NCBI GenBank assembly: GCA_015062235.1
Contig: SUUZ01000008.1
Location: 272-64,271, forward strand
Direction of reading: 5' to 3'
From: Alphaproteobacteria bacterium
GTDB taxonomy: Bacteria; Pseudomonadota; Alphaproteobacteria; RF32; CAG-239
Length of the DNA: 64,000 bases
The translations under genes and the position numbers were made by a program. Positions 44,705 through 54,826 of the stretch are shown in pieces. Position 1 is the first letter of the stretch. Each line of letters starts with the position of its first letter. The notes under the pieces were generated by a model. The model was not told the DNA's origin. It saw only the letters and a program-made list of their open reading frames with translations, and searched no databases.

Positions 44705-45840
44705 TATTTTTTCTCCATTTTCAAATTTGCTATTTTCATTTTAAGCCTTGTACCATCAGCTATTTTACCAATTTTATCTGTTACCAAAAATTCGTTATTA
44801 GCAAATTTATTTGCAACCACATAAGAATCTTCAAAATATCCAACAATTTTAAGAGGAACTTGTTTTAATTTATTATTTTGCATAACATACACAAAAGCAC
44901 CTCTATCGCCAAGAATTGCATAATTTTGCCTAATCAAATAAACATCATTCATTTTTCTTGATAACAAAACATCAACATAAGAATTAGCAATTAACTTTCT
45001 ATTTTTGTTTTCAAAATCAGCAAAAATACTCACAGAATTGGTTGTTTTATCAATTTGATTATCTGCAAATCTAAATTTGCCATTGTTTTCATATATATCA
45101 CCATTTGCCAAGCGCAATTTAATATCTTCATTAGCAAACAACTTACCATCAGCAGATTTTTGTAGTTCAGTCAAATATTCTTTATCTGAAATAGCAAACA
45201 TAACTCTAATAGGATCAAATTGGATAATACTTAAAAGAGGTTTATCACTGGGAGCTACATAATTTCCTTTGGTTAAGGAAACATTACCAATTGTTCCATT
45301 TATGGGGGCTTGCAATACGGTGTAATCATACAAAACCAAAGCTTTTTGTTCTTCAGCTTGCGCTTGTTTGAGGGCTGCTTCAGCAGCTAAAAACTTTGCT
45401 TTAGCATCATCCATATCAGAGGCTGATATCGCCTTTTTGCCTGCTTTTTTTACACGATTAAAATAAGATTTTGCATTTACATAATCAGCTTTTGCCTGCG
45501 CAACAGCTGCTGTAGCAGCATCAAGCTGTGCCTTGTATTGACGTTGGTCAATCAATATCAAATTATCGCCTTCAGCAACATTTTGTCCACCTTCTGCCCA
45601 TACCTCATCAATATAACCACTAACATTTGGCACCAAGTCTACAGATTTTATTGGTGTGATATAACCAACATATTGCGATGTTGTTTCTACATCTTGCGGC
45701 TTTAATGGCAACACATTGATTGTCAAAGCATTGTCACTTGGAGTACTAGACAAAGCAGTGGGATTATAAAAAAAGAAGCCATAAATTAAAACAACAGCTA
45801 CAGTCCAAAATATGTATTTATAAATGGTATAATTACGCAT
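44704..45840 (-). CDS. RND efflux membrane-fusion (periplasmic adaptor) protein
   Basis: N-terminal TM anchor, a lipoyl/hairpin region with Ala-rich coiled coil ([20 protein letters not shown]), and a beta-barrel domain. Its stop overlaps the permease start. Confidence 0.9.
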   Translation of the reverse strand: MRNYTIYKYIFWTVAVVLIYGFFFYNPTALSSTPSDNALTINVLPLKPQDVETTSQYVGYITPIKSVDLVPNVSGYIDEVWAEGGQNVAEGDNLILIDQRQYKAQLDAATAAVAQAKADYVNAKSYFNRVKKAGKKAISASDMDDAKAKFLAAEAALKQAQAEEQKALVLYDYTVLQAPINGTIGNVSLTKGNYVAPSDKPLLSIIQFDPIRVMFAISDKEYLTELQKSADGKLFANEDIKLRLANGDIYENNGKFRFADNQIDKTTNSVSIFADFENKNRKLIANSYVDVLLSRKMNDVYLIRQNYAILGDRGAFVYVMQNNKLKQVPLKIVGYFEDSYVVANKFANNEFLVTDKIGKIADGTRLKMKIANLKMEKK

Positions 45841-46050
45841 AGCTAAAGCCTCTTTAATATCTTCTAATAAACTAAAATACTAAATAAGCTTTAACTTTAA
45901 TAATACAATATATAACCAAGGTATAGCCTAGTTTCAGACAATGTAACGAACAATTTAACTTTATAATGTTTTTTTCATTATAATAAAAAAATAATCATAT
46001 ATTTTCCAGTGGTATTTATGATGTTATTACTTTGAAAAAACACAATAAAA

Positions 46051-46069
46051 TCTAATTGTAACAATTAGA
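46051..46069. promoter_or_regulatory. Perfect 19-bp palindrome in the efflux/lpxA divergent region (candidate operator)
   Basis: TCTAATTGT-A-ACAATTAGA, located ~25 nt upstream of a TATAAT (46094-46099) that faces lpxA. Confidence 0.35.
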
Positions 46070-46152
46070 AAATTTTTGTGTTTTGCTATTGTATATAATA
46101 TTCGCTAGAGTGCATTTAGTGTAGATTTTTTTGATAATTAAAGGACTCTTTT

Positions 46153-46950
46153 ATGGCGAATATTCATGCTACAGCCGTTGTTGAAGACGGCGCTCAGATT
46201 GCTTCAACTGCAGAAATTGGTCCATTTTGTTGGATTAGCTCTCAAGCTAAAATTGGTGAAAATGTAAGACTTCTTGCCCGTGTAACAGTATATGGCGATA
46301 CTACTATTGGTGATGGTACTGTTGTATTCCCTGGTGCATGCCTTGGTACTGGTCCACAAGACCATGGTAATGAATTTGTTGCTGGGGCAAAAGTAATAAT
46401 TGGTAAAAACAACGTTATTAGAGAAAATGTTACAATCCACGCAGGTACTCCTAAAGAGCAACAAACTACTATTGTTGGTGATGATTGTATGTTTATGGTA
46501 AACTCTCACGTTGCTCATGACTGTGTTGTTGGCAACCATGTAATTATGACAAATAATGCTGTTATTGGTGGGCATGTTCGTGTTGGCGATGGTGCAATTT
46601 TAGGTGGTAACTGTGCGGTACATCAGTTCTGTCGCATCGGTCGCAAAGCTATGATTGGTGGTCTTGCTGGCGTTGACAGAGATGTTATTCCTTTTGGTAT
46701 TGTTACTGGTGAACGTGGCAAACTTCGTGGCTTGAATCGCATTGGCATGATGCGTGGTGGTATGGATGAAGCAACAGTTAAATCGGTTACTCGTGCCTTT
46801 ATGTACATCTTTAAGGGCAAGGAAGATACTTTTGAAGTTCGTCTTGAAAAAGCAAAGGAAAAATTTGCTGATAATGAACTTGTTTTAGAGCAGATAGACT
46901 TTATTGCAGACGGCTTAGCTGGACGTCGTAAAGTTATGACTGCTGAATAG
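46153..46950 (+). CDS. lpxA: Acyl-ACP:UDP-GlcNAc O-acyltransferase LpxA
   Basis: IHATAVVEDGAQI start, a hexapeptide-repeat beta-helix, and the C-terminal helical domain typical of LpxA. 265 aa. Confidence 0.9.
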   Translation: MANIHATAVVEDGAQIASTAEIGPFCWISSQAKIGENVRLLARVTVYGDTTIGDGTVVFPGACLGTGPQDHGNEFVAGAKVIIGKNNVIRENVTIHAGTPKEQQTTIVGDDCMFMVNSHVAHDCVVGNHVIMTNNAVIGGHVRVGDGAILGGNCAVHQFCRIGRKAMIGGLAGVDRDVIPFGIVTGERGKLRGLNRIGMMRGGMDEATVKSVTRAFMYIFKGKEDTFEVRLEKAKEKFADNELVLEQIDFIADGLAGRRKVMTAE

Positions 46951-47175
46951 TTGGTTTTGCCAAAGTTTGGGAAGGTCCTCAATTTTGGTAAGATAATTGA
47001 TTTGGTCTAAAAACTTAAATCAATTTTTACAAAGCTTGATATATGATGCTTTTAGTAATAGTAAAAAATGGTCGCTGTTCTGCTTGTCAGATTTTATAAT
47101 GCCGCTGTTTTGGACCTGTTACGTTGAGCTAGTCAAATATCAAGTTTTGTTTTTTTTATAAGGGTTAAAACAAAA

Positions 47176-48021
47176 ATGAGCAGTATACAACGCAAGCTTG
47201 GCATAATTGCCGGTGGAGGTTCAATCCCTCAACAACTGATTGAACAATGTCAAAAACAGCAATTGGATTTTGTTGTTCTTGCGATAGAGGGTAATGCCGA
47301 TAGTAATCTTTTTAAGAATGCAACATTTACTTATAAATGGATTCGCTTAGGTCAAGCAGGAACGGGATTTAAGTTTTTTGTTGAACAGGGTGTTAAAGAT
47401 GTAGTTATGATAGGAACAATCCGCCGTCCTAGCTTTTTTGATTTGGTACCTGATTTGCGAACTACCGCATTTTTTGCTAAGGTTGGAGCTAAAGCGCTAG
47501 GTGATGATGGACTTTTACGTGCTGTTGTTTCAGAAATTGAAAAAGATGGTATGAAAGTTAAGGGAATTCACGAAGTAATGCCTGATATTTTAGTTAAAGA
47601 AGGGGTTTTAACCAAACGTAAGCCATCAAAACAAGATATTATTGATATAAAAAGAGGTGTCGAAGCAGCTTTTGAACTAGGACGACTCGATATTGGACAG
47701 GCAGTTGTTGTCCAACAAGGTTTGGTTCTAGCTGTTGAAGGTATTGAAGGAACAGATGAACTTTTGCGTCGTTGCAAAGATTATCGTCGCAAAGGTGGTG
47801 GCGGTGTTTTGGTAAAGCTTCGCAAACCTCAACAAGATATGCGTATTGACTTACCAACTATAGGTCCTCGTTCAGTTGAAAGGGCTCATGAAAGTGGATT
47901 AGAAGGAATAGTTGTTCATGCAGGTAATGGACTTATTGTTGATGAAAAAGAAACCATAGCATTAGCAGACAAATATAAAATGTTTATCATAGGAGCAACA
48001 CCAAATGACTACCTCAAATAA
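47176..48021 (+). CDS. lpxI: UDP-2,3-diacylglucosamine pyrophosphatase LpxI (DUF1009)
   Basis: LGIIAGGGSIPQQL, LDIGQAVVV, EGIEGTDELLRR, and KPQQDMRIDLPTIG motifs. Sits between lpxA and lpxB. Confidence 0.85.
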   Translation: MSSIQRKLGIIAGGGSIPQQLIEQCQKQQLDFVVLAIEGNADSNLFKNATFTYKWIRLGQAGTGFKFFVEQGVKDVVMIGTIRRPSFFDLVPDLRTTAFFAKVGAKALGDDGLLRAVVSEIEKDGMKVKGIHEVMPDILVKEGVLTKRKPSKQDIIDIKRGVEAAFELGRLDIGQAVVVQQGLVLAVEGIEGTDELLRRCKDYRRKGGGGVLVKLRKPQQDMRIDLPTIGPRSVERAHESGLEGIVVHAGNGLIVDEKETIALADKYKMFIIGATPNDYLK

Positions 48022-49171
48022 ATTAAAAATATACTTAATTGCGGGTGAGCCTAGTGGTGACTTGCTAGGTTCTAGGTTGATGCGTGCATTACGCAACAAA
48101 ACTAATGATAGTGTAGAATTTTTTGGTCTTGGTGGCGATACTATGGAGCAAGCAGGACTAAAATCGTTGTTTGATATTTCCGAACTTGCTGTTATGGGAT
48201 TGATTGAGGTAATTCCTAGCATTCCACGAGTTTTAAAACGTATAAAACAAACTGTTAATGATATCATTAAAGTGCAACCAGATATTGTTATAACTATTGA
48301 TAGTTGGAGCTTTTGCAGTCGCATACACAGGGCTTTGCGTAAACTAAACACAGGTATAAAACAGCTTCATTATGTTGCTCCTCAGGTTTGGGCATGGAAG
48401 AAACGCCGAGCTAAAACTATGTATAAATATGTCGATGAATTATTAACTCTTTTACCTAATGAACCCCAATATTTTACCAAACACAATTTAAATACTATTT
48501 TTGTAGGTCACCCTGTAATTGAAAGCGATGCTCTAAAGGCTGATGGGCAGGATTTTCGTAAAAAATACAAAATAGGCAATGAAAAACAAATTATTTCAAT
48601 TCTTCCAGGATCTCGTCATACTGAAGTTAGCAAACTTTTACCAGATTTTTTAACCGCTGCACGTCTTATTTATGAACAAAATCCTGATGTGTTTTTTGCC
48701 TTACCGACAGTTAAAACAGTCGTAAATCGCGTAAAACACATGGTAAAAAACTCTCAATTACCAATGGTCATTTTAGAAACGGAAGCTGATCGTTATAGTG
48801 CTTTTCAAGCATCATCAGCGGCTATTGCTGCCTCTGGTACTGTAGCATTAGAATTAGCAATTTGTAATATTCCTCATATCATATCTTACAAAGTTGCTCC
48901 TCTAACCTATCTACTTGCTAAATATTTAGTTAAAATAAAGTATGTTAATTTGACCAATATTCTGTTAAATCGCTTAGTTGTTCCAGAATTATTGCAAGAA
49001 AAATGCACACCTCAAAACATTGTTCATCACATAAATGAATTGTTGAAAAATGGTCGTGCTTACGAAAAGCAAATAGAGGGTTTTTCTGAAATTAAAGACT
49101 ATCTAACCAATGGCACACAAACTCCAAGCGAAAATGCTGCCGATGCTATTTTGGAACTAATTAAATGTTAA
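48005..49171 (+). CDS. lpxB: Lipid-A-disaccharide synthase LpxB
   Basis: KIYLIAGEPSGDLLGSRLMRAL N-terminus and GT19 architecture. Confidence 0.9.
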   Translation: MTTSNKLKIYLIAGEPSGDLLGSRLMRALRNKTNDSVEFFGLGGDTMEQAGLKSLFDISELAVMGLIEVIPSIPRVLKRIKQTVNDIIKVQPDIVITIDSWSFCSRIHRALRKLNTGIKQLHYVAPQVWAWKKRRAKTMYKYVDELLTLLPNEPQYFTKHNLNTIFVGHPVIESDALKADGQDFRKKYKIGNEKQIISILPGSRHTEVSKLLPDFLTAARLIYEQNPDVFFALPTVKTVVNRVKHMVKNSQLPMVILETEADRYSAFQASSAAIAASGTVALELAICNIPHIISYKVAPLTYLLAKYLVKIKYVNLTNILLNRLVVPELLQEKCTPQNIVHHINELLKNGRAYEKQIEGFSEIKDYLTNGTQTPSENAADAILELIKC

Positions 49172-51102
49172 AATTTATTCAAAACTGTTGGCAAGAAGAC
49201 AAAGCTAGACGAGTTTTGTGGTCTCCAGTTTTGTTTGGTTTGGGTATAGCTTGCTATTTTGCTTTTACATTAGAACCATCTAAATGGCTTACTCTTATTC
49301 TAATCGAAACACTTATTATTTTAGCAATTTTATTTCGTCATTATATAAGTATTTTGCGTATACTAGGATTTTTAGCAATTATTGTTGCTGGTTTTGCAAC
49401 AATCCAATTAAAGAGTATTTGGCTTAATTATCCAACAGAAAAGCTTCCTTCTGATACTTTTTATTTTAAAGGACAAATTGTGTCTGTAGATACTAATTAT
49501 CAAGGACGCAAGCGATTTACCCTAAAAAATATTCAAGATTTTGATGGCAAAATTTATAAAGGCAAATATCGCATAACCCAACGATCTAAAAAAGACGAAG
49601 CAGAAATTGGCGATTGTGTCGAAATGGTTGGAACAATATCGCCTCTTTCCAAAGAAGTTATTGTTGATGGATATCAATTTGACCGTAAAGGCTATTTTGA
49701 AGGATTGAAAGGATCGGGGTTTGCTGAGAGCAGATGGTTTAAGATTACTTGTTCAGACATTGGTAAAGCAAAGCCAATTGCCAGTATTATTGCTAATTGG
49801 CGACAAAAAATTGTTAAACATATTCAACAAATATTACCATCTTCAGAGGCAGCTATTGCTTCAGCTATTATTGCAGGCGAAAGAGGAGCTATTAACGAAG
49901 AACAATATACACAATATCGTAACTCTGGATTAGCTCATTTTTTATCAATTTCTGGACTACATATGAGTATGCTTGCGGGATTAATGTTCTTTTTAGTACG
50001 TTTTGTAATTGCATTATTTCCTAAGCTAGCCTTGAGAATTGATAGTAAAAAAATAGCGGCTATCTTCGCTATTATCTTAAGTTTGATATATTTATTTATA
50101 TCTGGCAATGCTATACCAGCTCAACGAGCTTTTATCATGACATTTGTAGTATTGCTAGGGGTTTTGACCAATCGCCGAGCAATATCAATACAAACTATCT
50201 CTTTAGCTGCTTTTATAATATTATTAGTTTCGCCAGAAGTTTTAGTATCTGCTAGTTTTCAGATGTCTTTTGCTGCGGTCTTGGGGCTAATAGCTTTTTA
50301 TGAAAAAATATCACACTATGTTCAAAAGTTTTTAAACATTTCAGGCTTTCGCAAATGGGTAAGAGTTATTTTGCTATATATTTTAGGTATCATAATTTCT
50401 GACTTTATTGCATCAGTGATGACATTGCCTTTTGCAATATATCATTTTAATATGATTGCTGTTTATACGACATTAGGCAATTTTTTAGCAGGTCCAGTTA
50501 TCGGTTTGGTCATAATGCCGTTTGTATTATTAAGTTTGTTATTTATGCCATTTGGCTTAGATACAATTTTTCTTAAGATTACAGGATTTGGTATAAGTTT
50601 AGTAAATCAAATAACATTTTATGTTGCGTCATTGCCCAATGCTGCCATTCAAGTTCCATCAATACCTCATTGGGGTTTAGTACTAATTATTGGAGGAGGA
50701 TTGTGGTTTATTATTTGGCAAGCTAAATGGCGTTATTGGGGGCTTTTTGCAATTGTTATTGGTTTATTCAGTATAATCACTGTAAGAACACCTGATATTA
50801 TTATTAGTCCTGATGCTAAGGTAGTTGCTTTCAAAAACAAACAAGGAAAACTCGAGATAGTATCTTCAAGAAGCGGAAGATTTATTAAAGACATTTGGCA
50901 AAATAAATATTCTTTTGCTTCCAACAAAGCCAATCTTCAAGAACATCCAGAAATCAAAATAACTGGTACAAAAGTAATCTATAATAATAAAGAATATAAC
51001 TTGGATAATGAAATTGGTATGAGTATTTATATTAATTCTGATGGTTCAAATAACATTAAGACAATTCGTGATGATATAGGTTACAGGTATTGGAATAAAT
51101 AA
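49165..51102 (+). CDS. comEC: ComEC/Rec2-family DNA internalisation channel protein
   Basis: N-terminal OB-like/DUF4131 part and a polytopic competence domain (LAHFLSISGLHMSML). Its ATG overlaps the lpxB stop (ATGTTAA). I could not see a clear metallo-beta-lactamase HxHxDH motif. Confidence 0.8.
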   Translation: MLKFIQNCWQEDKARRVLWSPVLFGLGIACYFAFTLEPSKWLTLILIETLIILAILFRHYISILRILGFLAIIVAGFATIQLKSIWLNYPTEKLPSDTFYFKGQIVSVDTNYQGRKRFTLKNIQDFDGKIYKGKYRITQRSKKDEAEIGDCVEMVGTISPLSKEVIVDGYQFDRKGYFEGLKGSGFAESRWFKITCSDIGKAKPIASIIANWRQKIVKHIQQILPSSEAAIASAIIAGERGAINEEQYTQYRNSGLAHFLSISGLHMSMLAGLMFFLVRFVIALFPKLALRIDSKKIAAIFAIILSLIYLFISGNAIPAQRAFIMTFVVLLGVLTNRRAISIQTISLAAFIILLVSPEVLVSASFQMSFAAVLGLIAFYEKISHYVQKFLNISGFRKWVRVILLYILGIIISDFIASVMTLPFAIYHFNMIAVYTTLGNFLAGPVIGLVIMPFVLLSLLFMPFGLDTIFLKITGFGISLVNQITFYVASLPNAAIQVPSIPHWGLVLIIGGGLWFIIWQAKWRYWGLFAIVIGLFSIITVRTPDIIISPDAKVVAFKNKQGKLEIVSSRSGRFIKDIWQNKYSFASNKANLQEHPEIKITGTKVIYNNKEYNLDNEIGMSIYINSDGSNNIKTIRDDIGYRYWNK

Positions 51103-51189
51103 TATAAAAAAATGTTGTATGTATCTTAAAAATATGCTACAGTAGCAACTGATTAAATATAATAAATAAATTACTTAAAATTAATAGTT

Positions 51190-51396
51190 ATGAAAAATTT
51201 GAATCAGAAGTTGTTCATCACAGCAGTTGTTTCCGGTGTTATTGAGGTTGCACTTTTTTACTATTTCGGAATTAAGGGTGTTACACCTCTTCCTCAGTGG
51301 GGAATGATTGCTCTTGGAGGAGTAGGAGCAGTAATGACGGTGTCATTAGCTCTCTTTATCATCAGAAAACTTACTGGTGCAGAAAAGTGGGACTAG
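51190..51396 (+). CDS. Small two-TM membrane protein, unknown function
   Basis: Two hydrophobic helices. No SD seen. Confidence 0.35.
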   Translation: MKNLNQKLFITAVVSGVIEVALFYYFGIKGVTPLPQWGMIALGGVGAVMTVSLALFIIRKLTGAEKWD

Positions 51397-51413
51397 ATGG
51401 TTTCAAAACCAAA

Positions 51414-51441
51414 CCCCTTTATCGAAAACTCGATAAAGGGG
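51414..51441. terminator. Bidirectional hairpin terminator
   Basis: 12-bp stem cccctttatcga/tcgataaagggg with loop aaac. Flanks are T-rich on both strands. Confidence 0.75.
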
Positions 51442-51463
51442 TTAACCTTTTTTATAGTATACT

Positions 51464-51829
51464 TTACGCTAAGTTTTCAATGCCCAACATCATATTTTCG
51501 CGGTATTCGGCACCCCAGGCAACCATAGAATCAATCACAGGCTTAAGCGCATATCCTACAGCTGTTAGGGTATATTCCACACGAGGCGGAATTTGTGCAT
51601 ATACCTCACGAATGACCAAACCTTTTTCCTCTAAAGCACGCAAATTAGACGTTAGAACCTTTTGGGTAATATCCCCCAAAGACTTTTTTAATTCGCCAAA
51701 ACGTTTAGTTCCATCCATCAATGTTTGGATAATTTGCATTTTCCAACGATCGCCAATCAATTTAACGGTCATTTCTGCTAAGTATTTTTGCACATCATCA
51801 ATCATAAAAAAAACTCCTAAAACTCGCAA
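51464..51829 (-). CDS. HxlR-family winged-helix transcriptional regulator
   Basis: GDRWKMQIIQTLMDGTKRFGELKKSLGDITQKVLTSNLRALEEKGLVIREVYAQIPPRVEYTLT. Confidence 0.85.
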   Translation of the reverse strand: MRVLGVFFMIDDVQKYLAEMTVKLIGDRWKMQIIQTLMDGTKRFGELKKSLGDITQKVLTSNLRALEEKGLVIREVYAQIPPRVEYTLTAVGYALKPVIDSMVAWGAEYRENMMLGIENLA

Positions 51830-51959
51830 GAAACATACAATAGTATCTTTTGAGAAACTATAGCACTTCCAAGTGCTTACTTTACTTTTCTAGCAGAAAC
51901 ATATTATAAAATCAACATAAAACGCAAAAATAATCATACATTTTAATAAGGACGCAAAA

Positions 51960-53198
51960 ATGAAAAGAATTACTTTGACAGCTATTGGTTTAGCTCTTGT
52001 TTGTGCATCACAAGCTCATGCTGCTGGTTATCAACTTAATGAGTATTCAGTAACAGGTTTAGGTCGTTCATTCGCTGGTGCAGGTGTAATGGGCGATGAT
52101 TATTCGGCTCTTGCCTATAATCCTGCAGGTATGACCTTAATGAAACGCTCAGGTTTCCAAGGAGGTCTGACTATGGCTGAAATGAAATCTGATGTAAAAG
52201 GAAAAGGCACTTTCGAAGGTAAATCAACCGATATGCACTATGGCGTACCATTGCCGTCCGGTTTTGCTCATTGGAATGTTAACGACAAATTGTTCTTAGG
52301 TGCCGGTATTTATGCTCCTTACGGTTTGTCAACCAAGCATGACAAAGAAGGGTTTGTTGCTGGTGAGGCTCGTAAATCAGAATTGGAAGTTATCGATTCG
52401 TCTGTTGCCGCAGCCTATAAGTTTACAGATAAATTGTCTTTGGGTGCAACATTAAGCCTTCGTTATATTCATGGCCACATGACTGGTGATGTATATGCAG
52501 TTGAAGGAAATCCCGCAACAAAAATCGGTGAAGGAAACTATGACCTGGACGGTTGGACCGGAACCGGTATAATTGGGGCTATGTATGAATTTACACCTGA
52601 TACTCGTGTTGGTATAAGCTATAAGTTCCGCAGTATTCAAAAGGTTAAAGGTGATTTTACTTATGAGAGTGTGCTTCCTGCAGATATTTCGCCGATCCCA
52701 ACAACTGTTGATCCTAACGGATTGGCATCCCCTGATTTGCCAGCTGGTGTATTGCTTTCGGCTTATCACAAAGCTAGTGATAAAATAGGTTTGTCGACCT
52801 CTGTTCGTTGGACCGAATGGAACAAGTCATTTAATCAATTTACTATGACTTCGGGTTTTGCTGCTGGTAACAAGACACAGCCGTATGAATGGCGCAATAC
52901 TTGGACGGTGGCTGCAGGTGTTGATTACTATCATAATGACAACTGGACATTCCGCTTTGGTACTGCTTATGACCAATCTCCGGCCAAAAGCCAATTCAAT
53001 CGTTCAAACCGTATTCCCGATACCAACCGTATTTGGTTATCTGCCGGTTTGAGTTATGAGGCTGACAATTGGCAAATTGATGCCGGTTATGCTCACTTGT
53101 TTATGCAAAAAGGTGATGTCGCAATGCCAGGTAATGCATATGCCGAATATACAAGCTCGGCTAATATGTATGGTCTAAACTTTATGTACAAGTTCTAA
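51960..53198 (+). CDS. FadL/OmpP1/TodX-family outer-membrane transport protein
   Basis: Signal peptide, then AAGYQLNEYSVTGLGRSFAGAGV, and a C-terminal aromatic residue (MYKF). Confidence 0.85.
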   Translation: MKRITLTAIGLALVCASQAHAAGYQLNEYSVTGLGRSFAGAGVMGDDYSALAYNPAGMTLMKRSGFQGGLTMAEMKSDVKGKGTFEGKSTDMHYGVPLPSGFAHWNVNDKLFLGAGIYAPYGLSTKHDKEGFVAGEARKSELEVIDSSVAAAYKFTDKLSLGATLSLRYIHGHMTGDVYAVEGNPATKIGEGNYDLDGWTGTGIIGAMYEFTPDTRVGISYKFRSIQKVKGDFTYESVLPADISPIPTTVDPNGLASPDLPAGVLLSAYHKASDKIGLSTSVRWTEWNKSFNQFTMTSGFAAGNKTQPYEWRNTWTVAAGVDYYHNDNWTFRFGTAYDQSPAKSQFNRSNRIPDTNRIWLSAGLSYEADNWQIDAGYAHLFMQKGDVAMPGNAYAEYTSSANMYGLNFMYKF

Positions 53199-53245
53199 AG
53201 GACGAACAATCTGTCCGTTATTATTATAAACTCACACACACAACA

Positions 53246-53274
53246 GAAAAGCCTCTCGTTTTGAGAGGCTTTTC
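53246..53274. terminator. Bidirectional hairpin terminator
   Basis: gaaaagcctctc-gtttt-gagaggcttttc. Either strand reads stem plus TTTTC. Confidence 0.7.
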
Positions 53275-53290
53275 TACGATATTAAAAATT

Positions 53291-53458
53291 TTATTCAAAA
53301 TTTGCTTCTTTAACTGCTTTGTCGGTAGCAAAATCAGATGTTCTTTCAACCGTGTTATTAAAACTTGTTAAAAAACTATCCATATAGCCATTGTCATACA
53401 AATATTTTCCGCCCCAAGCTAATCCAACTAAAATTAGAATCCAAACCACAAATTTCAT
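53291..53458 (-). CDS. Small single-TM protein, unknown function
   Basis: MKFVVWILILVGLAWGG... preceded by AGGAG 7 nt upstream. The track start (53491) lies further upstream and lacks an SD. Confidence 0.45.
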   Translation of the reverse strand: MKFVVWILILVGLAWGGKYLYDNGYMDSFLTSFNNTVERTSDFATDKAVKEANFE

Positions 53459-53657
53459 TATTTTTCTCCTAACAAAGTTTATCAATATCATTATACTATA
53501 ATCAATAAGATTAAATAGATGTTAAAATTTGCTGTTGCCAAGCCCTTTTAACTAGACTAAACTTAAAATTTGTTAATTTATGCCGATTCTTACTTGGCGT
53601 TAAGATAAAGTTGATATAAGCTGATGTTGGTGTATTAAACATAGTTTTGAGGGAAAA

Positions 53658-54806
53658 ATGGCTGAAAAAAAGAACAAAAAGCCTGTTGTTTTGCAGGTTC
53701 TACCCGAAATGAACCATGGTGGAGTTGAAATGGGTACAGTTGAGATTGCTTCTGGGCTTCAAGCAGAAGGGATTAAAAACTTTGTTGCATCTGCAGGTGG
53801 TCGTATGGTTTATGATCTTAAAAAGATCAAGGTCAAACATTTTGAATTGCCACTAAAAACCAAAAATCCTATCAAACTTTGGCTTAATGCTAGAAAATTA
53901 GAAAAAATTATCAAAGAAAATGGGATCAATATTGTTCACGCTCGTTCACGTGCTCCTGCATGGAGTGCATATTGGGCAGCTAAGCGTGCAGGCGTTCAAT
54001 ATCTTACGACTTTTCATGGTACGTATGGCTTGGGACCACTAGGAATTAAAAAGATATATAATCGTGTTATGACGTATGGCAAACTTGTTATTGCAATTTC
54101 TAACCATATCAAAAACCACATGATAAAAGAATATAAAGTGCCAGAAGAAAAAATGCGCCTCATTCATCGTTGTGTCAATATTGACAATTTTGCTCCAGAA
54201 AAGGTAAGCCAAGAACGTATTATCAAGGCGTTAAAAGAAAATCATATTCCCGAAGATAAACCAATTATTTCTCTTGTTGGTCGAGTTACTCGTTGGAAAG
54301 GTCAACACCTTTTAATTGAAGCTCTATCAAAAATAAAAACAAAAGATTTTTACTGTTTAATTGTCGGTTCTGATCAAGGTCGTATACATTATACTAACGA
54401 ACTTAAAGATTTAGCTAAAAAGTACAATCTTGATGCTAAAATTCAATTTATTGATCATAGCTTTGACATTCCAGCAATTCTAATGCTGTCCGATATAGTT
54501 TTGTCGACAGCTATAGAACCCGAAGCCTTTGGTCGTGCAGCTATCGAAGGACAAGCTATGGGTAAAATTGTTTTAGCTTCCAATATTGGAGGTTCGCTCG
54601 ACAATACAATTGACGGTATAACTGGCAAATTGTTTGAGAGCAATAATGCTCAGTCTTTAGCAGATGCTATTGATTGGGCGCTTAAATTGCCTGCCAAAGA
54701 AAGAGAAAAAATTTCTAAAGCAGCAATTAAAAACGTAAAAGATAATTTTACGAAACAAATAATGTGTGATAAAACAATTGCAGTTTATCACGAACTAATC
54801 AAATAA
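53658..54806 (+). CDS. GT4-family (group 1) glycosyltransferase
   Basis: GT-B fold with an E-x7-E region (EPEAFGRAAIEGQAMGKIVLASNIGG). Confidence 0.8.
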   Translation: MAEKKNKKPVVLQVLPEMNHGGVEMGTVEIASGLQAEGIKNFVASAGGRMVYDLKKIKVKHFELPLKTKNPIKLWLNARKLEKIIKENGINIVHARSRAPAWSAYWAAKRAGVQYLTTFHGTYGLGPLGIKKIYNRVMTYGKLVIAISNHIKNHMIKEYKVPEEKMRLIHRCVNIDNFAPEKVSQERIIKALKENHIPEDKPIISLVGRVTRWKGQHLLIEALSKIKTKDFYCLIVGSDQGRIHYTNELKDLAKKYNLDAKIQFIDHSFDIPAILMLSDIVLSTAIEPEAFGRAAIEGQAMGKIVLASNIGGSLDNTIDGITGKLFESNNAQSLADAIDWALKLPAKEREKISKAAIKNVKDNFTKQIMCDKTIAVYHELIK

Positions 54807-54826
54807 ATAGAAAGGAATATTTAATT

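Noticed and set aside
46204-46982. Two long minus-strand ORFs (123 and 119 aa) opposite lpxA
   Set aside because: Hexapeptide-repeat genes typically generate long antisense ORFs. LpxA on the plus strand is unambiguous.
46951-47175. Unusually long (225-nt) lpxA-lpxI spacer, examined for a pseudogene or ncRNA
   Set aside because: It contains only AT-rich short hairpins (e.g. aattgattt/aaatcaatt) and an 8-bp distant inverted repeat. There is no ORF remnant or structured element I could support.
51297-51863. 188-aa + strand ORF
   Set aside because: It overlaps the end of the small membrane ORF, reads straight through a strong terminator hairpin, and runs antisense to the clear HxlR-family regulator gene.
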